From an uncultured Spartobacteria bacterium (GTDB lineage: Bacteria > Verrucomicrobiota > Verrucomicrobiia > Chthoniobacterales > UBA6821), in NCBI GenBank assembly GCA_903858595.1, contig CAIOJL010000005.1, forward strand, positions 1 to 59,304: a stretch of 59,304 nt of DNA, given 5' to 3'. Below the pieces are notes generated by a model, which ran no database searches, had not been told where the DNA came from, and saw nothing but the letters and a program-made list of their open reading frames with translations. Shown piece after piece: positions 39,031 through 49,977 of the stretch (position 1 is the first letter of the stretch; each line of letters begins with the position of its first letter). Made by a program: the position numbers and the translations under genes.

Positions 39031-40074
39031 TCAGGGCGCAATGGAATGGTCGTTCGCCTCCGGCGGGGTAACGCAGTGGATTTCCACATGCCTGATTTCC
39101 CCTCCGCGCCAGATAGTCATTTGGACGCTCTCTCCGGAGGTAAGATAAAACGAGGCTTCGAGCAACTTGTCCGGCTGGGTGATGCGGCGGTTACCAAGGG
39201 CAAGAATCATGTCTTCGGATCGCACTCCTGCTGCTTCGGCGGGGCTTCTAGGTACCACGGAAGCGATCCGAGTGCTGGAGTTTCCCTGGGGGACAGCAGC
39301 TTCCTCAACCACCGCGCCGACCCATCCTTGATTGATTCGTCCGAAGCGAAGCAGATCCGTGTGGAGTTTTTCGAGCGCTCCGGCGGGAAGAATTCGGCAA
39401 TCGGCGGTCTGCACGTTTCCGCCAAGAACCATTCCTATAAGGAATCCGTCGAGGCCGAAGACGGGCGATCCCGCCTCGCCCTCCGTGAGGGAAATTTTGG
39501 CCATGTGTTGCGGTACACGGAAGTAACAGTCACCCTCGTGGCTTTTCGTTCCCGTGATCATTCCGAGGGAGATTGAGGGCTCCATCTCCTTTCGCCATCC
39601 GATGGCGATAACCGGGGTGAAGGGTGATGGCGTCAGGAGAGCTCGGGGAGAAACGAAGTTTTCGCCGGAGTGCGGCAATTCCGCGATAAGTTTGAGAAAA
39701 GCCGCTCCGCTCCGCTCATCAAGGGCCAAGATGTTGCAGGAATATTCTTTCCCGTCCTTCATGACAACGATGGAGTCCGATCCCTTCACCAGATCGGCCA
39801 CCGTGCAAATCGTGCCGGTCGGATCGACGAAAAAACCGGTTCCATTGACTTCACCGCATGCATCGGAGACACGCACCCTAACGACTGCTCCGGTGCTTTG
39901 GGTGCTTACGGCGCGGATCGCAGTAGCGGCTCTTGAGGAGAGAGAGAGCGTGCCCGTTAAGTCTCCCATCGATCCTGATGAGGCGGAAAGGGAAAACGTG
40001 AGAAGAGGCAGCATCAGCAACCTCTTCAAGCCCGCTGAAAACAAGGCCCGATCAGAAACTGAGTGGCGATTCAT
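39031..40074 (-). CDS. HtrA/DegS-like S1C fold protein with C-terminal PDZ domain, catalytic triad substituted (predicted pseudoprotease)
   Basis: 347 aa with a signal/anchor, a trypsin-fold core and a PDZ domain (RIASVVPRSPAEAAGVRSEDMILALGNRRI). At the HtrA triad positions it reads TVADLV (His->Asp), SGAAFLKL (Asp->Gly) and GEAGSPVF (GNSGGP Ser->Ala). Confidence 0.75.
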   Translation of the reverse strand: MNRHSVSDRALFSAGLKRLLMLPLLTFSLSASSGSMGDLTGTLSLSSRAATAIRAVSTQSTGAVVRVRVSDACGEVNGTGFFVDPTGTICTVADLVKGSDSIVVMKDGKEYSCNILALDERSGAAFLKLIAELPHSGENFVSPRALLTPSPFTPVIAIGWRKEMEPSISLGMITGTKSHEGDCYFRVPQHMAKISLTEGEAGSPVFGLDGFLIGMVLGGNVQTADCRILPAGALEKLHTDLLRFGRINQGWVGAVVEEAAVPQGNSSTRIASVVPRSPAEAAGVRSEDMILALGNRRITQPDKLLEASFYLTSGESVQMTIWRGGEIRHVEIHCVTPPEANDHSIAP

Positions 40075-40540
40075 GGGTCGCCAGAGGGGCTTGCAAAAGG
40101 TAAGAGGGAGGGAAGAGGATAGGCGCTGCCTGCGGTTGATTCTGTGGATCGGCAGCTACCCGAAGCGAGACGGGTTGCATATTCTGGATGGTTACCGGTG
40201 CTTGAGAGTATGGTCGGGGCTGAGCGTAGGAGACGGAATAAGCGTGGGGAATAGTTTGCCGAGGTGTATCGCGGATGATGGCGACACTGACGATCATCGC
40301 AACAGCGGCAACACAGGCAAAGGCCATGGCCGGCACCCGTAATTCAGGGATCAAGCCCGAAAGACGCTCCATGATCATGGCCGAGAGGGAGGGAGCCAGC
40401 ATTTCGGCCCGCTGTCGTCTGTGAAACTCGCGCAAAAAATCCTCATAATACCCCTCGGGCGGCTTTTCGTAGCGCTTGAGTTTGATAATCTTGTGCATCG
40501 GTTCGTGTCCCATACCATTACCCGTTTCCATGAGGATCAT
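40052..40540 (-). CDS. putative membrane-anchored anti-sigma factor
   Basis: 162 aa located 10 nt after the ECF sigma gene. It has one central TM helix (AMAFACVAAVAMIVSVAII) and a Pro/Gln-rich C-terminus. It overlaps the downstream HtrA-like start by 23 nt. The assignment rests on context. Confidence 0.5.
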   Translation of the reverse strand: MILMETGNGMGHEPMHKIIKLKRYEKPPEGYYEDFLREFHRRQRAEMLAPSLSAMIMERLSGLIPELRVPAMAFACVAAVAMIVSVAIIRDTPRQTIPHAYSVSYAQPRPYSQAPVTIQNMQPVSLRVAADPQNQPQAAPILFPPSYLLQAPLATHESPLSF

Positions 40541-40549
40541 TGATTGTTA

Positions 40550-41146
40550 TTAATTCCTCTTAAACTCATGCAGGGAATTTTGCAACTGGCGGTGAGCGTA
40601 AAAGAGCCTCGAACGGACGGTTCCTTCGGAGATCTTGAGGATTTTGGCAATTTCGGCATGGGGTATTCCTTGGATATCAAACATGGTCACAACAATTCTA
40701 TGGTCATGAGACAGCTTTTGCATTGATGCGTTCAATTTTTTTTGCAGTTCATGGATCGAAACCTCTTTGGTCGGGTCGCCGTTGCTGGTTGCTGCAATAA
40801 AATCGGGGTCGCTCTCTATGTTGCTGTCGGGGTCGTTCAGACTGGGATGCTGGCGGCGATTGCGCTTCTTGAGGAAGTTGATCGTCATGTTGACCGCGAT
40901 CGAATGCATCCACGTGTAGAAACTCGAGTTGCCGCGAAAGTTAACAATCGATCGATAAGCCTTCGAAAAAATATCCTGCAGTAAATCGTTCGTGTCCTCG
41001 TGGTTGGAGGTCATGTGGTAGACGAGTCCGTAGAGTCGTGGCGTATACTTGAGGATCAGTTCGTCGAACGCCCCCGGGTCACCCCCCTGGGTGCGCGCGA
41101 CCAATTCCTTGTCGTTACTGGATGGTATTGCCGGATCGGAGGACAT
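40550..41146 (-). CDS. ECF-type RNA polymerase sigma-70 family factor
   Basis: 198 aa with region 2 (FDELILKYTPRLYGLVYHMTSNHEDTNDLLQDIFSKAY) and region 4 HTH (IPHAEIAKILKISEGTVRSRLFYAHRQL). Confidence 0.85.
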   Translation of the reverse strand: MSSDPAIPSSNDKELVARTQGGDPGAFDELILKYTPRLYGLVYHMTSNHEDTNDLLQDIFSKAYRSIVNFRGNSSFYTWMHSIAVNMTINFLKKRNRRQHPSLNDPDSNIESDPDFIAATSNGDPTKEVSIHELQKKLNASMQKLSHDHRIVVTMFDIQGIPHAEIAKILKISEGTVRSRLFYAHRQLQNSLHEFKRN

Positions 41147-41314
41147 GAAATTGAGCCTTCTGTCTAACAGGTGAAGGTAAATCGGGGAATTGCTTTCGTT
41201 CTCTGGCAGCAGTTTTCATTGTCCTTTTCGTTTTTGGTTATGCTTTGTCTCTTTTAAAAACCTAGAATCATCTATCTTGTTTTTGAAGGTTTGGTCTTCT
41301 ATAAAGAGCCTTCA

Positions 41315-42070
41315 ATGACTCGGCCCGCCACCCCATCCAAAGCGACGAAAAAATCCTGCGCCTGCTGCATTCCTCTCTTGTCGAGCCCGATCGGACGCAA
41401 ATGGATCGTAGCCCTCACCGGTATCGCGCTGATTCTCTTCGTCATTGGGCATCTGTTGGGTAATCTCTCGATCTTCGCCGGCCCGGATGCGATGAATGCC
41501 TACGCGGCCTTTCTCAAGAGCACCGGGGAACTCCTTTGGGTCGTCCGTATTGTCCTGTTGACCTGCGTCGCGCTTCACATCTGGTTCACGATCACTCTCT
41601 GGCGTGAAAATCTCGCCGCCCGTCCGCAGAAGTATGCGGAGAAGAATGACCTCGGCATTACTGTTTATGCTCGCCTGATGAGAATCTCCGGACTGACCGT
41701 CCTTGCCTTCGTTCTCTACCATCTGGCTCAGTTCACCTGGGAGGCATTTAACCCGGAGTATAAGACTTGGGTTGATGTGCAGGGACGCTATGATGTCTAC
41801 CGCATGGTTGTGACTGCCTTTTCATGTCCCTTTGTAAGCGCCTTCTATGTTTTGGCAGTCGGCTTGCTCGGGATGCACTTGAGTCATGGGATCGCAAGCC
41901 TCTTCCAGACACTCGGGCTCACGACCGAGAAGCTGCGTCCGGTTTTTGAAAAGGGGGGCTTGATCATAGCCTGGATTATTTTCCTTGGGTTCGCCTCGAT
42001 CCCCACAGCCGTCTTGCTTCATCTTGTGAAGTTACCTTCCAGCCTTCCCACCTGCCCTTTTTGTCAATAA
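41315..42070 (+). CDS. sdhC: succinate dehydrogenase/fumarate reductase cytochrome b subunit (single-subunit b558 type)
   Basis: About 250 aa with five TM helices and conserved His residues. It lies directly upstream of sdhA/sdhB. I prefer the ATG at 41315 (MTRPATPS...), while the track uses the TTG at 41291. Confidence 0.75.
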   Translation: MTRPATPSKATKKSCACCIPLLSSPIGRKWIVALTGIALILFVIGHLLGNLSIFAGPDAMNAYAAFLKSTGELLWVVRIVLLTCVALHIWFTITLWRENLAARPQKYAEKNDLGITVYARLMRISGLTVLAFVLYHLAQFTWEAFNPEYKTWVDVQGRYDVYRMVVTAFSCPFVSAFYVLAVGLLGMHLSHGIASLFQTLGLTTEKLRPVFEKGGLIIAWIIFLGFASIPTAVLLHLVKLPSSLPTCPFCQ

Positions 42071-42092
42071 CCGAGCCTTGTATTCCACGACC

Positions 42093-44006
42093 ATGATTCT
42101 TGATGCCAAAATCCCCGAAGGTCCGATTGAGAAGAAATGGACCTCATTCAAGAACAACGCGAAGCTCATCAGCCCGGCTAACAAGCGGAAGTTCAAGGTC
42201 ATCGTCGTTGGCACCGGACTCGCTGGTTCTTCTGCCTCCGCCACGCTTGCCGAGCTCGGCTATGAGGTAGAGACCTTCTGCTTCCACGATAGTCCTCGCC
42301 GCGCCCACTCCATCGCCGCTCAGGGTGGCATCAATGCCGCCAAGAATTACCAGAACGACGGCGACAGTGTCTGGCGCCTCTTCTACGACACGATCAAGGG
42401 AGGGGACTTCCGCGCCCGCGAGGCAAATGTCTACCGCCTTGCCGAGGTCAGCGGCACCATCATTGACGAATGTGTTTCCCAAGGTGTCCCCTTCGCCCGT
42501 GAATATGGTGGCGAGCTTACGAACCGCTCCTTTGGCGGCGCCCAAGTCTCACGCACCTTTTATGCGAAGGGCCAAACCGGCCAGCAGCTTCTTCTCGGAG
42601 CCTACTCCGCCCTGAGCGCCCAGATCCGCCTAGGGCGTGTGAACATGCATGAGAACTCAGAAATGCTCGATCTCGTCCTTGTTGATGGTCATGCCAAGGG
42701 AATCGTCACCCGGGACCTGATCACCGGCGAGATCACCAGCCATGCCGCCGATACCGTCCTGCTTTGCACCGGCGGCTACAGTAATGTCTACTACCTCTCG
42801 ACGAACGCGCGGGGATCAAATGTCACCGCTACCTGGCGCGCTTACAAGCGCGGTGCCGCTTTTGCGAATCCCTGCTACACCCAGATCCATCCCACCTGTA
42901 TCCCGGTTGCCGGCGAGTATCAGTCGAAGCTGACGCTCATGTCCGAGTCCCTCCGGAACGATGGTCGTGTCTGGGTACCGAAGGCCAAGGGAGACACTCG
43001 TCTTACTCAGGATATTCCCGAGGAGGAGCGCGATTATTACCTCGAGCGGAAGTACCCGAGCTACGGCAACCTTGCCCCACGCGACATTGCCTCCCGCAGC
43101 GCCAAAGAAGTCTGCGACGAGGGGCGCGGTGTCGGCCCCGGCGGCCTCGGTGTCTATCTCGACTTCTCCGCTGCCATCGCCCGTCTTGGCGAAAAGACCA
43201 TTCGCGAGCGCTATGGTAATCTCTTCGAGATGTACGGAAATATAACCGGTGAGAACGCTTACGAGCGCCCGATGCGGATTTATCCCGCCGTTCACTACAC
43301 GATGGGCGGACTCTGGGTGGACTATAATCTCATGAGCACCATCCCTGGCCTCCATGTGCTGGGTGAGGCGAACTTCTCCGACCATGGAGCCAACCGACTC
43401 GGTGCTTCGGCCCTCATGCAGGGACTCTCCGACGGCTACTTTGTGATTCCGAATACTCTTGGCGAATATCTCTCCACACAGTTTGGAAAGAAGGTATCGA
43501 CCGACATGCCAGAATTTAAGAAGACCGAGACAGAGGTTCGTGCCTGCGTGGAAAAGCTTCTTGCCGTCAAGGGCAACGTGCCGGTTGACGAGTTCCACCG
43601 CCAGCTTGGACTCATCATATGGGACGAGTGCGGCATGGCCCGCAGCGAGGCCGGTCTGAAGAAGGCAATCGCCGATATTCGTGCCTTGCGTGAGCGTTTC
43701 TGGAAAGAAGTCGCCATTCCCGGCACGGGTGCTGAGCTCAATCAGTCGCTCGAGCGTGCTGGGCGTGTGGCCGACTTTCTGGAGTTCGGCGAGCTGATGT
43801 GCATCGATGCCCTGACCCGCGAGGAGTCTTGCGGCGGTCACTTCCGTGTCGAGCACCAGACTCCCGAGGGCGAAGCTCTTCGCCATGACGACAAGTTTGC
43901 CGAGGTTTACGCCTGGATGTTTCAAGGCCAGGACAACGATCCGGAACTTTTGAGGGAACCGCTTCATTACGAGGCCGCCCATCTTGCCACCCGCAGCTAC
44001 AAGTAA
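42093..44006 (+). CDS. sdhA: succinate dehydrogenase/fumarate reductase flavoprotein subunit
   Basis: About 637 aa with the FAD-binding motif [25 protein letters not shown] and [11 protein letters not shown] prefer the ATG at 42093 ([10 protein letters not shown]...). Confidence 0.92.
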   Translation: MILDAKIPEGPIEKKWTSFKNNAKLISPANKRKFKVIVVGTGLAGSSASATLAELGYEVETFCFHDSPRRAHSIAAQGGINAAKNYQNDGDSVWRLFYDTIKGGDFRAREANVYRLAEVSGTIIDECVSQGVPFAREYGGELTNRSFGGAQVSRTFYAKGQTGQQLLLGAYSALSAQIRLGRVNMHENSEMLDLVLVDGHAKGIVTRDLITGEITSHAADTVLLCTGGYSNVYYLSTNARGSNVTATWRAYKRGAAFANPCYTQIHPTCIPVAGEYQSKLTLMSESLRNDGRVWVPKAKGDTRLTQDIPEEERDYYLERKYPSYGNLAPRDIASRSAKEVCDEGRGVGPGGLGVYLDFSAAIARLGEKTIRERYGNLFEMYGNITGENAYERPMRIYPAVHYTMGGLWVDYNLMSTIPGLHVLGEANFSDHGANRLGASALMQGLSDGYFVIPNTLGEYLSTQFGKKVSTDMPEFKKTETEVRACVEKLLAVKGNVPVDEFHRQLGLIIWDECGMARSEAGLKKAIADIRALRERFWKEVAIPGTGAELNQSLERAGRVADFLEFGELMCIDALTREESCGGHFRVEHQTPEGEALRHDDKFAEVYAWMFQGQDNDPELLREPLHYEAAHLATRSYK

Positions 44007-44035
44007 TCTCCGATATCCCTACAAGACTTACGATC

Positions 44036-44803
44036 ATGAGTACCATGAATTTTCATCTTAGACTCTGGAAGCAAAAGTGCGCTTCGGATAAAGGCGAATT
44101 TATCAAGATTCACGCCACAGAAATCCCTTCGGAATGCTCCTTCCTCGAGATGCTCGATATCGTCAATAACCGCTTGACCAGAGAAGGCAAGGAACCGGTC
44201 TCATTCGCGAGTGATTGCCGCGAGGGCATCTGCGGCACCTGTCACATGGTGATTAACGGCGTCCCCCAGGGACCTGGTCGTGGTGCCGCCTGCCAAGTTT
44301 ACATGCGGAAGTTTGAGAATGGCCAGCCCATCACCGTTGAGCCCTTCCGTGTGGGTGCTTTCCCGATCGTTAAGGATCTCGTAGTCAATCGCAGTGCCTA
44401 CGATCGCATCATCCGCTCAGGTGGCTTCATCAGTGAGCATACCGGAGGTGCTCCCGACGCCTCGACTTCCTTGATTCCCAAGCCCGTTGCCGACGCTGCT
44501 ATGGATGCCGCAGCCTGCATCGGCTGTGGAGCTTGTGCCGCCGCCTGCCCGAACAGCTCACCCATGCTCTTTGTCGGTGCCAAAGTCACCCATCTCGGTC
44601 TCCTGCCCCAGGGTCAGGCGGAGCGCAAGAGTCGCGCCCGCAACATGGTCCGCACCATGCAGGAGGAGGGATTCGGCAACTGCTCCAACTACTATGCCTG
44701 CGAGGCCGTCTGCCCCGCTAATGTCCCTGCGAGTGTCATCGCGATGCTGAATCGTGAGTATATCAGAGGAGAAGTTTCCGAAGCTATCGGCGCCATCGAT
44801 TAA
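44036..44803 (+). CDS. sdhB: succinate dehydrogenase/fumarate reductase iron-sulfur subunit
   Basis: 255 aa with Cys clusters CREGICGTC, CIGCGACAAACP and CEAVCP. Confidence 0.9.
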   Translation: MSTMNFHLRLWKQKCASDKGEFIKIHATEIPSECSFLEMLDIVNNRLTREGKEPVSFASDCREGICGTCHMVINGVPQGPGRGAACQVYMRKFENGQPITVEPFRVGAFPIVKDLVVNRSAYDRIIRSGGFISEHTGGAPDASTSLIPKPVADAAMDAAACIGCGACAAACPNSSPMLFVGAKVTHLGLLPQGQAERKSRARNMVRTMQEEGFGNCSNYYACEAVCPANVPASVIAMLNREYIRGEVSEAIGAID

Positions 44804-44873
44804 GTAGAAGGAATGGGATTTTGGCACCCCGCATCCTTACGCTGCGCTTCTCAACAGTTCATCTTTTCTTCGC

Positions 44874-45461
44874 TTACTTGCGGGAATCTACCACTACGCA
44901 CTCCATTCCGGCGGCTTCTGCTGACTGACGTCCGATTTCCGTATCCTCAAAGACAAGGCATCCCGAGGGTTCCACCCCGAGGCGGCGGGCCGCTTCCAGA
45001 TAGGGATCGGGAGAAGGCTTGCCATTCTTGTAATCCTCGGACGTTACGACCGCGTCAAAGAGATGGATCAGGCCAAGTCCTTTGAGCGTGGCATGGACAG
45101 ACTTGCGACCGCCACCGGAGGCCACGGCAAGAGGCTTCTTTCCATGCAGGGAACGCGCGATTGCAACAACGGCATCGATTGGTTGGACGCCGGGAAGAAG
45201 CTGGTGGTAGAGCCCTTCCTTGTGATGCACCATTGCATCAGGATCCATGAAGAGCCCCTGCATCTCGTTGAGAGCCTCGACAATCTCCCGGGTGGGACGC
45301 CCTCCCCAGCTGTAGTAAAGATCTTCAGGGAGATCGGCTCCATGCGGTTCGAGGACCATCTTCCAGGCGTCGTAGTGAAGCCCCATCGTGTCAGCAAGGG
45401 TGCCGTCGCAGTCGAAAATATAGGCGTCGAAATCACGCTCGGGAATTTGAAGGAATTGCAT
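44874..45461 (-). CDS. HAD-superfamily hydrolase (beta-phosphoglucomutase-like subfamily IA)
   Basis: 195 aa with motif I FDCDGTLADT, then VASGG and a C-terminal FEDTEIG. Confidence 0.75.
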   Translation of the reverse strand: MQFLQIPERDFDAYIFDCDGTLADTMGLHYDAWKMVLEPHGADLPEDLYYSWGGRPTREIVEALNEMQGLFMDPDAMVHHKEGLYHQLLPGVQPIDAVVAIARSLHGKKPLAVASGGGRKSVHATLKGLGLIHLFDAVVTSEDYKNGKPSPDPYLEAARRLGVEPSGCLVFEDTEIGRQSAEAAGMECVVVDSRK

Positions 45462-45551
45462 CCATCACTGGTAATCAGTCTCTTTCCGTTTGACGAAAAA
45501 AATGCGCCCCAGCATTATTAAGAATAAGCCCTTTTGTGGGGCGAATTCTCC

Positions 45552-46028
45552 ATGCGCCACACCATCTCCATCCTCGTAGAAAACAAATTCGGCGTCCTCA
45601 CCCGCATAGCCGGAATGTTCAGCGGACGCGGCTTCAACATCGACACGCTGAATGTAGGCCCGACTCTTGACCCTGAGACCTCCCGCATGACCATCGTGGT
45701 CCGCGGGGACGACAAGGTGCTGGATCAGGTCAACAAGCAACTCGATAAGCTCGTGAACGTCATTAGCGTCGAGGACTTCGGCGAGTCGGACTATGTCGAC
45801 CGCGAGCTCGTGCTTATTCGCGTGAAAGCCGATGCCAAGGCCCGCGGCGAGATCATGCAAATCTGCGACATCTTCCGCGCCAAGATCATCGACGTTCAAC
45901 CCAAGCGCCTAGCCATCGAGATCACTGGCTCCGAGAGCAAGATCGAAAAGTTCCTCGCCCTGATGGGTCCGTTCGGGATCACGGAACTGACCCGCACCGG
46001 CAAGATCGCTCTCGCCCGCTCCAAGTAA
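45552..46028 (+). CDS. ilvH: acetolactate synthase small (regulatory) subunit
   Basis: [38 protein letters not shown]... (ACT domain) with an ALS_ss_C domain. The ATG at 45552 is preferred. No ilvB is adjacent. Confidence 0.9.
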   Translation: MRHTISILVENKFGVLTRIAGMFSGRGFNIDTLNVGPTLDPETSRMTIVVRGDDKVLDQVNKQLDKLVNVISVEDFGESDYVDRELVLIRVKADAKARGEIMQICDIFRAKIIDVQPKRLAIEITGSESKIEKFLALMGPFGITELTRTGKIALARSK

Positions 46029-46084
46029 CCATCTCTCATCACCGATTAGCCATTCACCATCACACACAAAACAACCACCAAACC

Positions 46085-47110
<1,026 letters not shown>

Positions 47111-47128
47111 AGAATCCTTTCAAAAAGA

Positions 47129-47168
47129 GGGGCGCCCAGAAGGAATCTTCTGGACTGCCCCTTTTTTT
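47129..47168 (+). terminator. rho-independent terminator after ilvC
   Basis: GGGGC-g-CCAGAAG-gaat-CTTCTGG-act-GCCCC followed by T7 (47162-47168), beginning 19 nt after the ilvC stop. Confidence 0.8.
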
Positions 47169-47187
47169 GCTCCGAACTATCGCCACC

Positions 47188-48252
47188 ATGATCAACGAAA
47201 TTAAAAACTACCTCGGCGCTGACGCTGACTCCCTTCTGAATCATCAGTGCAAGACGGTCTCCAGGGACCTTCTACATCTTCCGGGCCCCGACTTCGTCGA
47301 CCGCATCCACATAATCAGCGATCGCAATCCCCGTGTCCTCGCCAATCTTCAACGCATGTATGGCACGGGACGCCTAGCCAACACAGGCTATCTCTCCATC
47401 CTTCCAGTCGACCAGGGGATCGAGCACTCTGCTGGAGCGAGTTTTGCCAAGAACCCGATCTACTTTGATCCCGAGAATATCGTGAAGCTTGCCATCAGGG
47501 GTGGCTGCAACGCCGTAGCCTCGACCTTCGGAGTGTTGGGTTCCGTGGCCCGCAAGTACGCCCACCACATCCCCTTCATCGTCAAGGTCAACCACAATGA
47601 GCTCCTCACCTACCCGAATGTCGCCCGCGAGATCATGTTCGGAACGATCGATGAGGCTTATGACATGGGTGCGGCCGCCATCGGCGCCACCATCTACTTC
47701 GGCGGCGATGATGCCACTCACGAGATCATCCAAGTGGCCGAGGCCTTCCATCACGCCCACGAACTGGGTATGGCTACCGTTCTCTGGTGCTATCTCCGCA
47801 ACGACGCCTTCAAGAAGGATAAGGATTACCACCTTTCGGCTGATCTCACCGGTCAGGCCAACCATCTCGGCGTCACCATCGAGGCGGACATCATCAAGCA
47901 GAAGCTTCCCGAGAACAACGGTGGGTTCAAGGCCCTCAACACCGGCGGCTCCAGCTACGGAAAGCTTGACGAGCGCATCTACACCGAGCTGACCACCGAT
48001 CACCCGATCGACCTCTGCCGCTACCAGGTCATCAATTGCTACATGGGACGCTCCGGCCTCATCAACTCTGGTGGTGCCTCGGGGGCCCACGACTTCAATG
48101 ATGCGGTCAAGACCGCCGTCATCAACAAGCGTGCTGGCGGCACTGGCCTCATCTCGGGACGCAAGGCCTTCCAGCGCCCAATGGAAGAGGGAGCCAAGCT
48201 CCTTCATACCATTCAGGATGTCTACCTCTGCCCAGAGGTCACGGTTGCCTAG
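47188..48252 (+). CDS. fbaB: class I fructose-bisphosphate aldolase (FbaB/DhnA type)
   Basis: About 354 aa, collinear with E. coli FbaB ([59 protein letters not shown]). I prefer the ATG at 47188. Confidence 0.9.
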   Translation: MINEIKNYLGADADSLLNHQCKTVSRDLLHLPGPDFVDRIHIISDRNPRVLANLQRMYGTGRLANTGYLSILPVDQGIEHSAGASFAKNPIYFDPENIVKLAIRGGCNAVASTFGVLGSVARKYAHHIPFIVKVNHNELLTYPNVAREIMFGTIDEAYDMGAAAIGATIYFGGDDATHEIIQVAEAFHHAHELGMATVLWCYLRNDAFKKDKDYHLSADLTGQANHLGVTIEADIIKQKLPENNGGFKALNTGGSSYGKLDERIYTELTTDHPIDLCRYQVINCYMGRSGLINSGGASGAHDFNDAVKTAVINKRAGGTGLISGRKAFQRPMEEGAKLLHTIQDVYLCPEVTVA

Positions 48253-48275
48253 AGGTGACGATCGCTTAAGCACTC

Positions 48276-48740
48276 ATGAGCGAAAGGGCACTGCTTGCTG
48301 CCCAAGGATATCTCGAGCTCGGCATGGTCGAAGAGGCCCTAGCCGAGCTCGTTGCCGTTCAGACGCCGGCGATTTCTGATCCCGATCTAATCGAACTGCG
48401 CCTGCATATCTTGATGCAGGGAGGTAGATGGTCGGATGCCCTCGCCTCGGCCGAGGAGCTCTTGCGGCTGAATTCCTCAGCCCTTCCCGCCTATATCCAC
48501 GGCGCATTCGCCTTGCATGAACTCGGCCGCACTGCCGAGGCGCGTGATCTCCTCCTCAGAGGACCGGAGGTCTTCGGAATGGATCCGACTTACCATTACA
48601 ACATCGGTTGTTACGAGGCCGTCCTCGGAAACTGGGAATCAGCGAAGCGAAGTCTGGAAAAAAGCTTTACCCTCGATGAGACCTACCGTGATTTCGCGAA
48701 ACAGGATCCCGATCTTGAAGCGATCCGCGCGGAACTTTGA
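48276..48740 (+). CDS. TPR-like helical repeat protein
   Basis: 154-aa ORF with good coding bias and TPR-like A/L/Y periodicity. No specific family recognised. Confidence 0.55.
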   Translation: MSERALLAAQGYLELGMVEEALAELVAVQTPAISDPDLIELRLHILMQGGRWSDALASAEELLRLNSSALPAYIHGAFALHELGRTAEARDLLLRGPEVFGMDPTYHYNIGCYEAVLGNWESAKRSLEKSFTLDETYRDFAKQDPDLEAIRAEL

Positions 48741-48746
48741 GAGAGC

Positions 48747-49901
48747 ATGCGTCCCTTTGATCATAATGAGTCCATGGAACGGCTTCGGTTGGCCTTCCAA
48801 GAACTCATCGCCGAGACGCCCATCGGAGGTGGCTCACTAGCAGTCTATCAGGATGGAAAACAACTTCTCTCCCTCCACGGCGGCGAAGCCTCTCCGGGCA
48901 AAGAGTGGGAGCCTTCCACTCTCTGCCTGATTTGGTCAGCCAGCAAAGGGGTGGCGGCGGCTTGCACCCTTCACGCACTCCGTGAAAAAGGGATTTCCCT
49001 GGAAACTCCTGTCTCTGTGCTCTGGCCGGAATTTGGATCCCAAGGAAAGGAACGTGTCACTCTGGCGGAGCTGCTTTCCCACCGTTCCGGTTTGGCAGCG
49101 ATCGAGCCAAAGGGATTAGGTCTCCCGATCACGGATCACGAGGCTGTCGTCAAAGCCCTGGCCTCGCAGGCTCCCAGCTGGCTCATCAATGGAAATGAGG
49201 GAGATGATTCCAATGTCAAGTTTGCCATGCACGGCTACGGGGCTAGGACCTTCGGCTTCCTGCTTGATGAGATCGTCCGGCGTATCACCAGCGAGACGCT
49301 CGCCTCTTATTGGAAACGAGTCTTCCAAGAACCGCTGGCCATCGATCTCTGGTTCGGACTCCCGGAACCACTCGTGGGATCCGCAGCGACCGTGATCGCT
49401 CCAAAAACACCACCAGCTCCGGGCCCTTTCTCCAAGGCCTTCGCCGATTCCACTTCACTCACCCGCCGCGCCCTCAGTGAACCGGGCGGCTTTCTCACTC
49501 CCTCCGTCATGAATACCCCGGAGATGCGCCGGGCCTCCCTCCCGTCGCTTGGAGCCATCGGTACAGCTGACGCCTTGGCCAGATTCTATGCCCTACTGGC
49601 GGGTGATGGAGAAGGATTCTTTCAACCCGAAACGCTTGCGGCCATGCGAACCACTCTGACAAAGGGTTATGACCGAGTGCTGATCGACAAGACCTCCTTC
49701 TCGGCGGGATTCATAACGAACGACTATGGAATCTATGGTTCAGGAAAAAACTCCTTTGGTCATCCTGGTGCCGGAGGCTCCCTGGGCTTTGCCGATCCTG
49801 AACTCGTCCTTGGCTTTGCCTTCATCCCGAGCGCGATGCATCCTGGCGCGCTCCCCGGAGCCCGAACTCAGAAACTGGTGAGAGCACTTTACGGAACGTG
49901 A
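48747..49901 (+). CDS. serine hydrolase, beta-lactamase/EstB family
   Basis: 384 aa with an intact SxxK (IWSASKGV) and a beta-lactamase-fold pattern (LLSHRSGL, HPGAGGS). Confidence 0.75.
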   Translation: MRPFDHNESMERLRLAFQELIAETPIGGGSLAVYQDGKQLLSLHGGEASPGKEWEPSTLCLIWSASKGVAAACTLHALREKGISLETPVSVLWPEFGSQGKERVTLAELLSHRSGLAAIEPKGLGLPITDHEAVVKALASQAPSWLINGNEGDDSNVKFAMHGYGARTFGFLLDEIVRRITSETLASYWKRVFQEPLAIDLWFGLPEPLVGSAATVIAPKTPPAPGPFSKAFADSTSLTRRALSEPGGFLTPSVMNTPEMRRASLPSLGAIGTADALARFYALLAGDGEGFFQPETLAAMRTTLTKGYDRVLIDKTSFSAGFITNDYGIYGSGKNSFGHPGAGGSLGFADPELVLGFAFIPSAMHPGALPGARTQKLVRALYGT

Positions 49902-49977
49902 AAGCCACTGGCTCAACGGCTGTCACCCTTTATCCCTTGTACGTTAAATAACAAAGGGCAACACTTCTCATCTTCTT

